From contig CDPCPM010000091.1 in assembly GCA_976551045.1 (NCBI GenBank), positions 10,602,001-10,666,000 of the forward strand: 64,000 nucleotides of DNA, given 5' to 3'. Below the pieces are notes generated by a model. It worked only from the letters and a program-made list of their open reading frames with translations. It was not told where the DNA came from and made no database searches. Position 1 is the stretch's first letter. Every line of letters begins with the position of its first letter. Of the stretch, positions 41,751 through 56,065 are shown in pieces. Source of the DNA: Glaucostegus cemiculus. Taxonomy: Eukaryota. The position numbers and the translations under genes were made by a program.

Positions 41751-43584
41751 CATCAAATGTTACAAGTCATTTGAAAATACGTTATTGTAAAGGAATACAA
41801 TTGATTGCAAGTGAGAATTAATGCCCAGTAATAATGACCCTTGACTCTGATTACTAACCTTGATTAAATCAAACCTCTCAGCAGCACATTTCTGCTAAAA
41901 TATTCTGGAATATTCATTTTTACCATAATGTGTAAAAAGTATTAGTGTACCACTAATATAGTCTTACAAATAGAAACATACATTTTAAGAAAAATGTGTA
42001 GTCCTTTAGCATTAACGCTACATTATTAACCAACAATATAACCCCATCATATCATCAATTTCAATGCCCTTAAAATAATTTTGTGTACCATATTCTTTCA
42101 GTCAAGTAAATTAATTCAACTTAGATAATTAACTGTGAAATTTGTAGTTTTCTTGCACGCCATTGAAACACATTTGTCTGTAGCACATGCATAATAGTAC
42201 AACTAATAATTTTAATCAATGTTGAAATTAGTATTAGTATTAGAAAATATAAACATCCATACAACATTTTGCATTCTATTTAATAGATTGAGTTAATCCT
42301 CTTTTTTTGATTTTGGTACAGTAAAGCCACTACTGTTCTTATTACTAATTTTAATGCAGTTATTATAATGGAAGCTAAATGTAGCAATAAAGCTGAATCC
42401 AGGATCTTTGAGAGAATTACAGCATGATGTACTTTGCTACCATAGTCTGAATTGTCAGTGGGAAATAAACTAATGTAGGTTGATTGCACCAATAATCATT
42501 AATAGTCTTAAAAAAATGGAGTTTGTTATTATAGATGAAAACTTTCCACTTTCTAATTAAATTAAACTATCAAGATCTGTGGTAGTTATTTGCTAAGTAG
42601 GTTCTAGGTCAGGGAGAACATCTTGAGTACATAGATCTGTGGTAACACTACACGAGGAGCCTGGGGCCAGCAGCCGATGAACACAATTCATAGGTGCTGT
42701 TGGTACCAGCAGAGAATCGTGCAGGCAGTTTCCTGTGCCCATGCAGAGAGCTGATAAATTCTCCGTGTTTAGAGAGGACAAGCAGGAACATTCACCTTTT
42801 GAAAATGAACCAACCAAGCACATTTGGAAACTCTTAGCAACACTGCAACACTGTACCTGGCATTAGTTTCATTTTATATTTTCATTCTTCATTTCGCCTA
42901 TGACTACAAATTGTCTTTTTAAAGATACTTATTTTTAATTTCATAGTTTTCAGGTTGTTAAATAAACTAACTCTGTTTTTGTAATCTGTGTCTGTTAGAA
43001 TTTCCCAGTAATCTCAGTTTTCCTTTCCCTAAGGTCTGTTTGACTGAAAAATTTATTTATTGCCACAAGCTGGTATGAAGTGATCATTAAATCAAGAAAC
43101 CCCAGCCCAAAGATTCTGGCGTTAGACACATTCAAAAGTGAGCCTTAGGTTTCATTTCCCTACAAAAGGGCCTTGAGAAATGTGTGCAGCTTCAATACAA
43201 GTAGGTTCAGGGGCTAAGATGATTTGTGCACCAGATGGAGGGGGAGAGATACTTGGATGGAGGAAGTGCAGTGTGGTGGGCGGAAGTCAGCCTGATGCAG
43301 CAGCAACGCATGGAATTGTCAGGGGGTGTAACTGTAGATCAAGAACGAGGCAAGAGTGACAACTAGTTGATGACCAGTTTCCTGAACTGAGATCTTGATT
43401 AGTTTACTTAACGTGCCAAACTCTTGATTTTTGGCAGGTGTCACAAGAACTTGGAAACTATTGGCTTTAAATTTGACAGCTGTTGCACTTCTGGATAGAG
43501 ATGGGATACCCTTGATCATACACAAATATTGGCCGCCCACAGCCTATACTTAATTTTAACTAGTGAAAAAGCGGACATCTTAAC

Positions 43585-43690
43585 CTTCCTTCTGAAGAAG
43601 GTTCAGATCAAAAACATCATCGCTGTTGTCTGACCAGTTACGTATTTTCAGCTTCTTTTTGTTTTAATTTCAGATTTCCAGTTTCTGTGT
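43585..43690 (+). mobile_element. Penelope-like terminal repeat remnant
   Basis: TCTGAAGAAGG...TGTCTGACCAG...TTTCAGATTTCCAG, similar to the 3' half of the element at 55.9 kb. Confidence 0.5.
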
Positions 43691-46600
43691 TTCATTTTTC
43701 CCCCCACTGGCACATTTGCTAACTACAAAGTGGAAACACCATAACCATCAAATAAAACAGAACAGAATATTAATTTTAGTATTAAACCAAGAACATATGT
43801 GTCACTCGTTAAATTACTGACTATCTTTTTTCTAAAGAAAATTGTAATTAATTTCAGATGTTTTGGGCATGACATTACACCACAATATAAAACTCAAGCT
43901 GGGTTTTGATCGGGCTCGGATTAACATGCTAAGAATAGAAAAGCCACCTTTGGCAGGAAAGCACTTTATCAAGGGTGGTGTTAAAACCACTTTGTCTTAA
44001 TAACGCCAGGCGCAAGTGACATTTCTACTAAGCAATACCATGCTTTTTTTTCAAGATCGTTTAGCACATGTAAAAAGACAAAGGAGAATTGAATTACTGA
44101 ATTATTTTACTTTTTAAAAATCTACTTAAGAATAGTAAAATAGATAGAATAGCATTTTACAAATATGAACTCTCTTTTTATGGTATTGAAGTTCAGAATG
44201 CTTTTACTTTTCATCCCAACTATTTATCAAATTATCACAATTGTCATTACCAATTATCTAAGGAAGCATTTGCTTTTCATTGTCATTTCAAAGCATTCTT
44301 CAATGGCAATGAGTTTCCTCTGCTAAAATAAAATGAAAATTAGAGTAAAATGTATTTAAATCATGATTGGATACCCAAGACTTAAACATAACTTTTAATA
44401 GTATGGTTACTTATAGTTACATGTTTTAGATTTGTATGGATGTTTCATAATATTTAAATATGTGTTGTTATTAAAGCTGCAGTGACTAAAATGTCTTTTT
44501 CAGTTAACTCCTGTTCTCATTTTTGTGTACCATTTTCTGTAAAGTTGTTTAAACTTGCAGGAACCTTTGGCTAATATATGCTGCGTTTCATATCTAATAA
44601 AGATTTACAGTAAAAAAAATCCTCGTAGTTAGTTGGGAAAAATAAATTTATTCATGTTGGGTTATTTTCTTTTTCTCTGGAAAGAACAAGAGAAAATTCT
44701 AGCATTTTAAAGGGAGTGATTATTCACTCAGCAGGTGCTGGGCCAATAAAGGGACCATTACATCTTATGCACGAAGCTGTTGGGCAAATGACCAAGTGAA
44801 TTGTCTAATTCCCATAGCTGTTATGTGTATGAAACCACCCTCACTTTTATTTCCTAAACTGCTAAAACTCCTGAGAAATGCTGCTTACATAGCAACTAAA
44901 TAAATAGCCCAATTTTCAGACCAAGGTTTTAACATTTCTGTTGACTGCTTGAAGTATTTAAAGAATATTATGTGTTTTTGAGTGGGGTGAGCTTTTGTAT
45001 TTTAACATTTAATATTTAAAAACATGTTAAAATACCTACCGAGGATTGAAAAACAAGGTGTGGTATCTTTAGCATTTAACTTCATTTCAATATTCCAAGG
45101 AAGGGCTAGTTTTCCTAGACTAGGTTTAATGGGGAAAATTAATTTCTCATGGCTACCTGACAGGGAATAAATTGGTTTTAAATGTTTAAATTTAAGTAGT
45201 TTTTAAATGCTAAGTTATCTACAGATTTGCAGTAATTGAGAAAATCATGAAACATTGCATGCATAATAAAGGCACATCACTTAAATTCTGTGAGACTGCC
45301 ATCTACTGGAATTTAGTTTGAACATGTTACAATTTCCACTCCTGAAACATAAAGTGACACTTCGATAGCTGGTCTCAAGATCTGCTATACAATGAACTTG
45401 GCATAATATTTGTGCAAGTCAAAAATAGTAAGATAGAACATCTATATAGTTTTGCACAGTAACTCCTGAGATTCAAATCATTGTTGTGGAACTGTTAAAC
45501 ACAGAGAAACATAAAACTCAACATAACAGCGAAAGGTAACACCAATGAAAAACATTTTGCTGTTTGAGGAAAGATATATGTTAACAAGCTAAAGGAGCAG
45601 TGGGCCATGGTGAGTAACTTCCTTTACAGATTCTATTCCGACTCTGTTTCTTGCTCTCGTTAAGAACAAAACAAAAACTTTTTAATTCAAAACTTTTTCT
45701 TTTAGCAATTCTCCTTTGTAGATCACAAGGTCTTATCTTTATTTCAAGGAGTGTTTATCTGTCCGGTTCCTTGATTCTTTCACCCCATTAGCTTGTTCAT
45801 GTGACCTGCCTAATATGAGATGTGGAGCTGATAATTCACTGCTCCTTTTGGTTTATGTTGTTACGCTGGTGGGAATGAGCCAGGAGGACCTTAAGTTGGA
45901 CCTGAATCTGAACACCCTGGGTTCTGGGCTTATATCAAGTCAGCCTTTAGGGATCAGAGGTTTACAGCAGCAGGAATCCCTACCACTCATGCATCATTGG
46001 TGGCATGGGGGTATTAAGTGTATCAGGCTGCTGATTGCCAACTAGAGGCTACAGTTATATATCACTACTTGGACCCCAGAGCTTTAAAAGTATATATTTA
46101 ACACCAACATCCTCACTAATCCACTCACAACCCAATCTCTCATCACCAGTTCTGCCTTACAATAGAGACCAATATGACCCTGTCTCATCCATTTCAGGCA
46201 GAAGATCTCAATGCACTCTACACCCTGAGCCAGCATCGTTTAACATCACATGTTTTTTCAGGACTTATATACACCAAACTTTGTCCCTAACACTGTGGTT
46301 AACCCTGAGCATTATACACAGTAGGAATCTATATCATGACCTGACAAAGCCCACTGGCATCTGCATTGGATATGCCCCAGATTGGTTCCCCTGCAGATAT
46401 TCATCCCCCTTTGAGCATCAATAGCTTATTTATGAATGGCGGGTACCATGACTGGAATTGATGTCAACTACCTGGTTTCCATGCAGAATCACCATGACAG
46501 GGGTAGAGTGCTGGCTAAGATCCCCCCACTCTCTATGTTGGAAGCATAAAGGCCAATCATTGTGCTCTGTCTGCCCCAGCTGAGATCAGACAAATTCAAA

Positions 46601-49264
46601 TTCAATATGGGCCATGGATAAACACGGTGATCTTTCTGATGTTTCAGTTGGTAATTAGACTTCCTTTTTATATGTGGGTCCACTATCTTCTGTCTACTCA
46701 CTTTTATATTTCACAAAAATCTTTGCCTACTTTTTCTTTCTTTCCCTACTTCTGGTTCCCTAACTCTGTGTCACATTCCTTTGGCTCTTCATGTAATTCC
46801 CAAAATAAATCTTTATTTATTTGCTTCATTGTATTTTTAATTAGAGCAATTTATTAGTTGTCTGTTTTATTCTCCCTATTTTCTCCATTGAATAGTACCC
46901 TTTTAAATGATCTCCAAACTCTACCTTTGTGCACCATTTAACTCTGTCAATCACCACCATTACCATTTCTGGTTGCACCCCTGCAATCAACATATCTCGA
47001 GTTGCTCACTGATAACATATACATGTTGCTGGCATTACTTGAAGTTATGACAGCTGCAGATGCTCTAACCAATACAACTGCATTGAATTACAGAGATTTT
47101 AGAATTTATTCTTTATTTGAACACTGCTGGAAATTACTCCAACATTAATGACAAAATATCACATTTGCATTAACTGCATTAAAATATTCCCAATGAATGT
47201 TCAATTTAGAATTTTTTTTTATTATAGCAACAGTGGGCCTCAAAAATAGCAATTCTAACCATTTAGAAATTAATAGATAAAATAGATTTTATGGAAAAAT
47301 AGAGCAAAATTACTTGAAAAAAATTATCACAAATGAAAACGATAATGCATTTGGGTTTTGTCAGTTGTGTTTTGTAAATCTAGCACTAGAATGTTGTTGC
47401 TTCTGCTTTAATTGACAGCTATGGGAAGGAAGCAGAAACACTTAGTCCTCATACTTTTCAAATTAGATTATCATCACAATGAAATTCAGGTTAAATTACT
47501 GAAAACCATATGCAAATTTTTATACATTATTTACAATTGTGTGATTATCTGTGTCTATTTTAACCTACACATTTGGAGTTTAAGCCTGATTTAAAAATAT
47601 ATATCTGGAAGCTTTTATATTGATTTTAATAATAAAAATTCTGGATGTTTACTGCCAATTATATTCGTTCCCAACCTGTCACTGTATTGAATCTGTGGCC
47701 AATTTTATTTCCTACAAGTTTACAATATTAAGGGGATAAATATGACAGCTTCTAGTGCATGATTATATATACATCTTAACAGTTCTCCAGTATAATTAGT
47801 GCCTTCACTGCTTTCCTAGAGTGAAAAATGTAACGGTAATTTGATGAAATTATTTTTGCATAATACTTGTTGTTAATGTAGTTTCTGAAAACAAAAGCTT
47901 CATGACAGTAATAATTACTCACATTATCAGTGGACATTATTCACTAAATTAGACCGATGGTGACATTCCAAGAAACGTATCCTTGCTTTATTAAGGGTCA
48001 TGTGTATTCATTTACTTCTATGTAGGAAGCAATTTAAATTAAAAGTTCCTAACACTTGTGGTTTTATTAGTTTATAAAGTCTATAAGTAATTGATAGCAC
48101 ATTTAAATAATGTGTGACTTTGTGAATTGCAAGGGATCAATCTTCAGGACGTGTTGCAGTGACTCATTTTAAAATCTTACTGTAGGGTGACTTTTGTTAT
48201 GCTTTTAATTGCATTATAGAGCTGGCTATTGATTCCATGCCCTTGTAATTAATAAAACAAGTTGTTGTTCAATAGCATTGAAATGTTTTGAAGAACTTGA
48301 AACATAAAAATGTTTATTTATACAAATGTATATTTAATGCATTTACCTTTCTTTTCTCTGTGCTTTTATTTTGCACTTCTTATCAATATATTAGTAATCA
48401 ATTTGAATTCCATTAATTTATGGTTGCCTTTGCAAAGGAAGTTTTTTCTGTTGCTCAGTACTTGATGAAAAAGTTTCCCCAAAGAGCTGGCAATGAAAAA
48501 CCTCAGTAATTGTCTGTATTATATGGATCATTGACCTTGAACACTGGAACTGTGTAACCGACTGTCCATTTATCTGGAAAATTACCACATGGCAAGATCA
48601 GATTAGACAGTTTTACAAGATTTGCTACAGCGACTGCTAGTTTATTATTAGATCCTGGACCTTACCAGTCCCACCCCCTCCCCTACATTGTATTGCTCCT
48701 TAACTAACCTGAGGTCAAGCATTGATTATATGTTGTAAGGCGATCCTGTTAACCCTTTGTATTCTGCTCTTCCATCTTGATATGAACACTATGCAATTTT
48801 ATCTGTAACTTTTACTACCATTAAATAAAAAAAAAGAAAGTATTTTGCCTACTTATTAGGTCTACTGCACAATATGGCATGTATGTTAACTGCTTGAGAG
48901 GAAGATGAACAATCCATCCCACATCCAACACTGAAGCTGTACCTGACAAGTTGACTCTTTCTTTGGATTATGTCCTATTTTCTGCAGAGTATCAATGGCT
49001 GAGATCCACTGTGAGGATTTGTAGGGACAAACTTGCATTGTAATACTTGCAGCATATGAGAGACCAATGCCACAAGTTACGTTGGTATTTTCAAAATAAT
49101 TACTGATAAGGATTATTAATTTAATAAACAAAAGTCTGAAAGTTAATGCAAGCCAAGTTAGACAACCAAAATGTAAGAGTGTACGTCGGAGGCCTCTTGC
49201 TTAGAAATGGGCAGCACCCCAAAACTGAGAGGCAAAAACCTCCTGGGACAATGGTATTCCCCCC

Positions 49265-49392
49265 TCAAGCCCTGTGCTGGATGTGCAGTAAAGCACTGCA
49301 GCAGGTGAAGACCACATATAAATTATCAAGCCCTGTGCTGGATGTGCAGTAAAGCACTGCAGCAGGTGAAGACCACATGTAAATTATTAAGC
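49265..49392. repeat. Tandem duplication, 61-bp unit x2
   Basis: TCAAGCCCTGTGCTGGATGTGCAGTAAAGCACTGCAGCAGGTGAAGACCACAT(A/G)TAAATTA starts at 49265 and 49326. Confidence 0.95.
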
Positions 49393-50699
49393 AGCATTCT
49401 TTGGTCTGTTCCTGGCAGGGTGTGAAGCATGCAGTGACAATCCTGAAAATGAATTCCATTTTGAGGACTTGTAGGAAATCTGTACCAGACCAGCAACGTA
49501 GTGGGGGAACTGCTGCTCATTCCCTTATGCCCCTTCTTCAACCTTAACACTGTCCCCACCACCCAGAACTGCCTGTCTCCTCCTCCAGCCCTCCGTCAAG
49601 ATCTCACCTCACCATGCAGACTGGACCCTCATCAACTCTGAGACTGGCAGTATCACTGCATTATAGAATGCATTGTCTGACCATCTCCCTCAGTTCCAAG
49701 GCAAATCAGGTCCAATTTTGTATACATGTGGACTGGACACACACCCAGCTAAAACGTTTAACTGACTGAGCCTGGATTCAGTTCTGGGTAGAAAACTGCC
49801 TCAAATATTAACTAGCACAATAGTGACAGTGGTTAACGGTCAACAGTCAGTTAACTTAATGATGTAAAAACATAAGATACTTAATACCATTGCTCTAAAG
49901 TCCATGTGGACATCAGGTGAGAACCAGATTGTTTTTGCCTTCAACGCTCATACAACCTAGTAGCTATCTGGGGCTTCCTGTGTTCTGTGCTCCAACATGA
50001 AGAATGGCAATCTGAGCAATGGACTTGAGTAAGTAATAGCAGTGCCTGGAGTGGTTTTCTAGCAAGGAGTCAATACGTTCTGGAAACAAAGCAAAGTAAT
50101 GGAGGGAAACTTGGAGTGTGGATCTGAAAAAATGATGCACTAACTGATAGTAAATTATTATGATTTTATGATGGCAATTCAAGATAGAAAGGTTTTATTT
50201 TCATGGGAAGGTAGGGGTGGTTAGGTCTTAGCATCCAGTATATTTTTAAGTACACTTGAAGCAGGTATAATATAAGTTGGATTCAAAAAAATAAAACTTC
50301 TTCGCATTGTTCAAACAACAGGGTTTAACCACAATCAGAATCACACTTATATCAGAGGAATGTAATTTTTTTTTTCATTTCCTCAGTGAATAGTCCTTAT
50401 AACCTTTCCAAGTGATACCAAGGATTTTATTTTGCCATGGATTTATGACTGTGAGTAACTGTGCTAAAGAAAGAAATGTACAAGCAATTAGAATCAAGAG
50501 CGAGAATCCCAGGTCTCAACAGCTGCCCATTGGCCCACAGGTCACAACTTGAACATCCTAACGTTGAAGTCAGCAGAGAGGAAATAATACGTGTTGAAGT
50601 TAAGACTATATGACAAGTTTCACTATGCACCATCCACACCTGTCTTTGGGTTGGGGAAGTTTGTGGGTTAAAAGCCCATTCTGTGGACTTAGTCACAAA

Positions 50700-51545
50700 C
50701 TCTAGGATAACATGTCTGTGCAATACTGGGGAAGGACCAGGTTTTTAGATCTTCCAGTCTTCTCAATGAGATCTGAAATCAAAGTCACCTCTGTACTTAC
50801 AGATGGAGGGAGGAAAAAAATCATTATTTCAGGGAGGACAGTGGAGGAGAACTCCCTCATGTCCTAGCCAATATTTATATTTGAAACAAAATTACTAAGA
50901 GAGCTTTGACACCATCCAGGGCAACACAGTCCGTTTGATTGGTACCTCATCTGCCACCCTAAACTTTAATTCCCTCCACCACAAGCACATAGAAGTTGGA
51001 CAGTGTACCATCAACAAACTGCACTGCATTTACTGACCTGGTTCCTCAAACAGCATCTCCAAACCTGCAAACTCTACCACTATGAAAGACAAGGCAGTGG
51101 GTGCATGTGAATACCACCACTTGCATGTTCTCTGCAAGTTGTGTGTAATTTTGGAAGACTGACTTGAAGGTGTATCACCAATTCTTCATTATTGCTAGAT
51201 CTAAATGTTGGAATTCCCTACCCAATAGTATTGTGGAGTTTCTTCACTGGAAAGATTGCAGTAGTTCAAGAAAGTGGCTCACCACCGCCTCCTCCAGGGC
51301 AATTAAGGATGGGCAATAAATGCTGGCCTTAATAGTAATGCACACACCTTAAAAATAAATGAATAAATAAATAAAAAGTTGAATTGTCCATTAATACATT
51401 GTTATATGTGGGAAGATCGTTAGGTGTGAACTGGCACAGTACAAATGCAATTTTAAGAGAGTTCCTTTTGGAGTACTTAATTGTTTGCCAAGTGATTAGT
51501 AACATCATGAGAATATGAAAGGTGCCGTGTAAGTGATAGTCTCTC
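50700..51545 (+). mobile_element. Deu-domain SINE (SacSINE1/AmnSINE-like), interrupted by a LINE fragment
   Basis: Deu-like core GGAGAACTCCCTCATGTCCTAGCCAATATTTAT at ~50850; the tail resumes at ~51380 (AGTACTTAATTG...TGAAAGGTGCCGTGTAAGTG). Confidence 0.6.
50905..51376 (+). mobile_element. LINE 3' end (CR1/L2 group)
   Basis: Ends TTCAAGAAAGTGGCTCACCACC...GGCAATTAAGGATGGGCAATAAATGCTGGCC followed by an (AATA)n tail. Confidence 0.75.
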
Positions 51546-51689
51546 CTCCGTCCAGTGTGTGATCCCTTCTTTTCAGTGACAGAACCAAATGGAAGAACAT
51601 CGGACCAAACATGTCAGAACCTTTTTAGAATTTGATAAAGCATATCTCACCAACTCTACAATATTTTTCTTTAAAAATTTTTTTACTCT

Positions 51690-52040
51690 CTCACGTGAGT
51701 TAGAGCGCCGATGGAAAGGTGATTATTTATTGCTCATCTCTAATTGAGCTTGAACTGAGTGGCTTGTCAGGTAATATCTAGCCAAGAGTCAATGCATTGT
51801 AACTGGTCTGTGCTTACATATATGCTAGGCCTGGTGAGGATGGCAGATTTCCTTTGCCAAAGGACATCAGCGAACCAGATGGGTTTTTACGACAATCTGG
51901 TAGTTTCATGATCACCATTGCTGACTGTAGCTTTTTATTCCAGGTTTTATTTAATTAACTGAATTTAAATCCCCTTGCTGCCATGCTGGGATTCAAACTC
52001 AGGTCTCTGGATCATTAGTCCAGGCATCTGACTTACCAGG
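51690..52040 (-). mobile_element. tRNA-derived SINE sharing its 3' tail with the adjacent LINE family
   Basis: B-box-like GGGATTCAAACTC; ATTTATTGCTCATCTCTAATTG is a near reverse complement of the LINE tail at ~51300. Confidence 0.75.
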
Positions 52041-53199
52041 CCCTGTTGGAGAAAATAACATTTTATTTGAAAATTTAGTGAGGTGCACTTGTATTACTTA
52101 TCTATAGACTCCCCAATAATCGCGTTGCAGCAACAGAACTAAATCACTGATGTAGTTAGAATGAAGACTTCTTCCATTTCAATTTTCATCTGATATTCCA
52201 GTGCAACTGCAGACATTAGTTTGTCTGAGTAACTTCTCTGCCTCATAATATTTTGCATGTTTGAAGCCTTTTTAAGGTATCTCCTCAACTGTCGTTATAG
52301 CTCTTTAATACAATAAGTTTTATTCTTGGATTTTCTTGACTGGTATTTGTATTCCAACTGTGGATTATTGCTTGATAAACTCCAAATGATACAATCACAA
52401 TTTGTAAGTGTTCAGCATGACCATGTGATAAGTGCAGTACCAAACCATGACCGCCTACATGTGCCATTAAATGTGAATTGACAACATAATGTAAGTACCC
52501 CCACGAGTCCCACAATACATTTCCGGAGAAAAGATTTGTGGGAGTGATTTCAACCAATACTTCACTTTGCTCCTGTGCTTTGTAACTTAAATTGCACCGT
52601 TGGACGTATTAACTCATACCCTGCAACTTGTAATTCTTTGCATACGGAAGATACATTGGTTATTTGTAAACATTGTCCTGTCGTAGCTCACTTTTGAATG
52701 TAATATTTATACAATGTGAGTTATTTAGCTTGTTCATATTGAAGAATGAAATATAGAAAACAAAGCAGGAATTAATTTGTGTAGATGATGCTCTCCTTTA
52801 ATGAGAAAATGGTGTGTTTTGATAATGCTGCTTTATGTAGTTCTGTCATGAAATGTGAACAACCAAAGCAAGAGAAAGTTAATGTGCACTGGTGTAAATT
52901 GGCTTTAAGTGGTTGGGAACAAATCTTGCTAGAGTGGTAATGACATATGGTTATCATGGATCATTCTATTAACAAAATAATTAAAAGCTCCAGTGTAATT
53001 GAAAAGTAGGCAAAGAGCAGAAAATTGCACGCAGATGAAATGTAAACTGAAGAGGCCAATAGAATCATCACATTGGAGAGAACAAAAATTCATTTAGTCC
53101 ACAAAAGTCTCTTTATGTACCTGAATCTACTGAGTGACTTTATCAAGGTTGAAAGCCAGGAATGGAAAAGAAATGCAATGTGCATAAATGAGACTGTAC

Positions 53200-55600
53200 T
53201 CGACTGAAAGCACAGCCCAGCCTCTTGACCCCTATTTTGATGGCTGCCTAGAGTGGAGGTGGTGCTGCAGGCATTAGTTGTGTAGAAGATTCTTGTATTT
53301 GCAGGTATGATTTCATCATTATAGGTCAGCACTGGAAGGAGGATGAAGCAGATGGAGCACTCCAGCCGAGAGTTACTGCTGCTGGCTGTGCAACCTTATG
53401 TCATGTGTTAGCTGCAGGTGTTGTCACAGCAGATGGCAATACTTTGCATCTGACTGTCTAGTGACCAAAATTTACTAGTGGGTAATTGGAGAGTTACCCA
53501 TGGTGATGGTCAGGTAGATGCAATAATGCCTGCAGATATGGTTGTAGCATCATGCTGGGTTCAGCCAATCAGACTATGCTGGTGATTGATCACTCTGGCA
53601 TGTCTTCTGAAAATATGATTGTGATTGTTGTGCTTCCAACAAACATCCAATGTTAACACTAACTGGATCTTCACATCTGACATTTGTGCCACCTATCCTG
53701 CTGTCACAACCCACCTTGAGAACTGGAACCTCGACGTTCTTTCCCTAAGCAAATGCCCAGAATTTCCTTGGTGTCCAGATAGGCTCGCTAATCAGTCACT
53801 TTACTGTATGCCAGCGAAGGACTTGGTTGTGAGCCCACCACCTGTACATTCAGTAGTGTTCGAGGTGTAAGGTTGTAGCACAACTGAATTGGCCCTATAC
53901 AAGAAAGTGATGCGGTAATGCAGAGTCCACAAAGGAAACCAGGCAATTCAAGGGTCAGTCCAGGAGAATGTAGAGAGAGTGACCCAATAGTATCGGATAA
54001 GGTCATGAATCAGAATGAGGAGTCAAGCTGAAAGTCATCTGCCAATGATCAGTTGCACTGGGTATGCAATTACTGATTGAGGATTGTAGCTGAATGGGGG
54101 CTGTTATCAGTGGTTCGGGTAGGTGATTATTGGTGGTTGGGCTGTGGGTTATGCTGGGTGACTGTCATAGGGGTGATTGGTGCCTGGTGCGGAGTGATGG
54201 ATGGAATTGAGTCAAGTGATTCCCAAGGAAACCTCAACTATCATTATGATGGAATTTCAATTTCCTGACATTCTGGACTGAGAGGCATTTGCTGGAGCAC
54301 CTTTACATTTGTTTTAGGTTTCTTGACAAGTTGTGAAGAGCAGGTGAGAGAACGACCAAGTTTAGGCTGTGTATTTAAGGTGGCATTGGGAACTAGAGGT
54401 CTGTTGACCTCGGTAGTTGCCTGCATTGCCAATGAAGAACAAAATGCACTGCAGGTGCTTTAAGACTCTGTGAAGATCTGTAGATGTTTTGTGACATGTC
54501 ATGCTGGGTCCATAAGATCACCTTTCCTGCTGACGCGAAGAAGGGGCCTCCAACTGACTCTACGAAAGCATGGTCTGTGTGGTTTCCCTACCTTTGATTC
54601 AGCTCCAGAAACAGTTTGATGATCGTATCAGATGAAGAAAGGTGGGTATCTCCCATGTGCATTTGAGGAGGAATCTGCCTTGAGAACGAGAGGCATGAAA
54701 TCTCAGGCCTTTGTAATGGTGGCTTTTCCATGGAAGAATTGGAAGTAGCCCATGGAGCTTCAAATATGACAATCCAACAAGCCTTGCTGAGGACTTGCAA
54801 ACTATGAACTATGCCAGGAATAGGACAGCAGGTACCCCACTCTGAGCCATTCAGCTCTTCACTGACTGAATGCAAGATGCTCAGTTTCTGACTGTGCTAG
54901 TGTGGAAGTGTGGGAAAGGCATGATAGTGAGAGCCATGGAAGTGGTAATCACACCTATTCCTTCCCCACACGGAGTCTGTCAGATGCCACATGATGACCA
55001 CTGTCCTGATGGCTGAGTCAGTCCTTATATAGGTGCCTTTGCACCAGAGAATGCAGAGACCATTTTGGCCTCCAAAACCCAGGGGATATGGGCAGGAGCA
55101 TCTCAACCATCAGAGAAAGGACTTGAGCAGCTGCCTCTCCCAATAGGTGCCAATCACATCACTTTGGACCATTGGGAAGAGGAAGAGCAAAGTATTGTAG
55201 TAGCTTGTGGATATATCCATGAGTTTTTAAGCATAATGGGGTTCCATCCAATGTCATCTGAGGACTAACTGATCTTTTCAGTTGTTTGTAGATCCTGGGC
55301 ATCCCACTCAGCAATGCAATGATTCTCCAACCCTCACTGAACCCTCATCCTCCCCCTCCTTCCCCTGCTGCCCTACCTTTCTCATCGTCCGACCAACTCT
55401 CACAACTCAGCTACGTTGTGAAGTGCACAGCAGACCACTGCTATTCATGGCATCTTGGCAAGTGCATGTTGAAGTGTTCATCCAGCATGACCAAGGTACC
55501 TAAGGCACATTTTCTGTATCCCAGTGGTTTGCCCTTTGATGAATTTGGGTGATCAAATGGCTATTGTAGCAGCACAGCCACACTTCATTGATTGGCATCT
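53200..55600. mobile_element. Very decayed transposon-like region, possibly PIF/Harbinger
   Basis: Plus-strand fragments AGF (~53554), VID (~53582) and ICATYP (ORF 53625..53870) fall in Harbinger transposase order (GFP..G.IDGTH, V.ARYPGS.HD); GC is above the flanks. Confidence 0.3.
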
Positions 55601-55924
55601 TTCATCGATTGATCATTAGCCAGGTTGTCAGTAGAGAGCTTTATTCCCCAGCAGTTAGTCCTCAAGACTACTTGGATTGTTAAATAAACTGATGAGGCAG
55701 AGTGTTGCAGGATGAATGCACCACAACAGCTACCCAGGTGTCTTGTCCACACCTGAAGAAACATATTTCTGTGTTTGTAAACCCAGTCACGCATTAAAAG
55801 AATATAATCCTCTCCTATTTATGAGTACTATAGGCTGGCCTAGGGGAGCGAGATGAACAGAGACTATCTTTCCCTGCATCTGCGATAGGAAATCCAAGCA
55901 CTCCCTTATTCCGAAAGAAAAAAT

Positions 55925-56065
55925 ATGAGCTGCTGGAGGAACTCAGCGTGTCAGGCAGCATCTCAACCCAAAATGTTGACTGTCCATTTTCCTCCACAGA
56001 TGCTGCCTGAGCCACTTTAGTTCCTCCAACAGCTTGTTCTTTGCTCCAGATTCCAGCATCTGTAG
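55925..56065. mobile_element. Penelope-derived palindromic repeat with internal deletion
   Basis: CTGCTGGAGGAACTCAGCGTGTCAGGCAGCATC pairs imperfectly with GATGCTGCCTGAGCCACTTTAGTTCCTCCAACAG. Confidence 0.7.
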
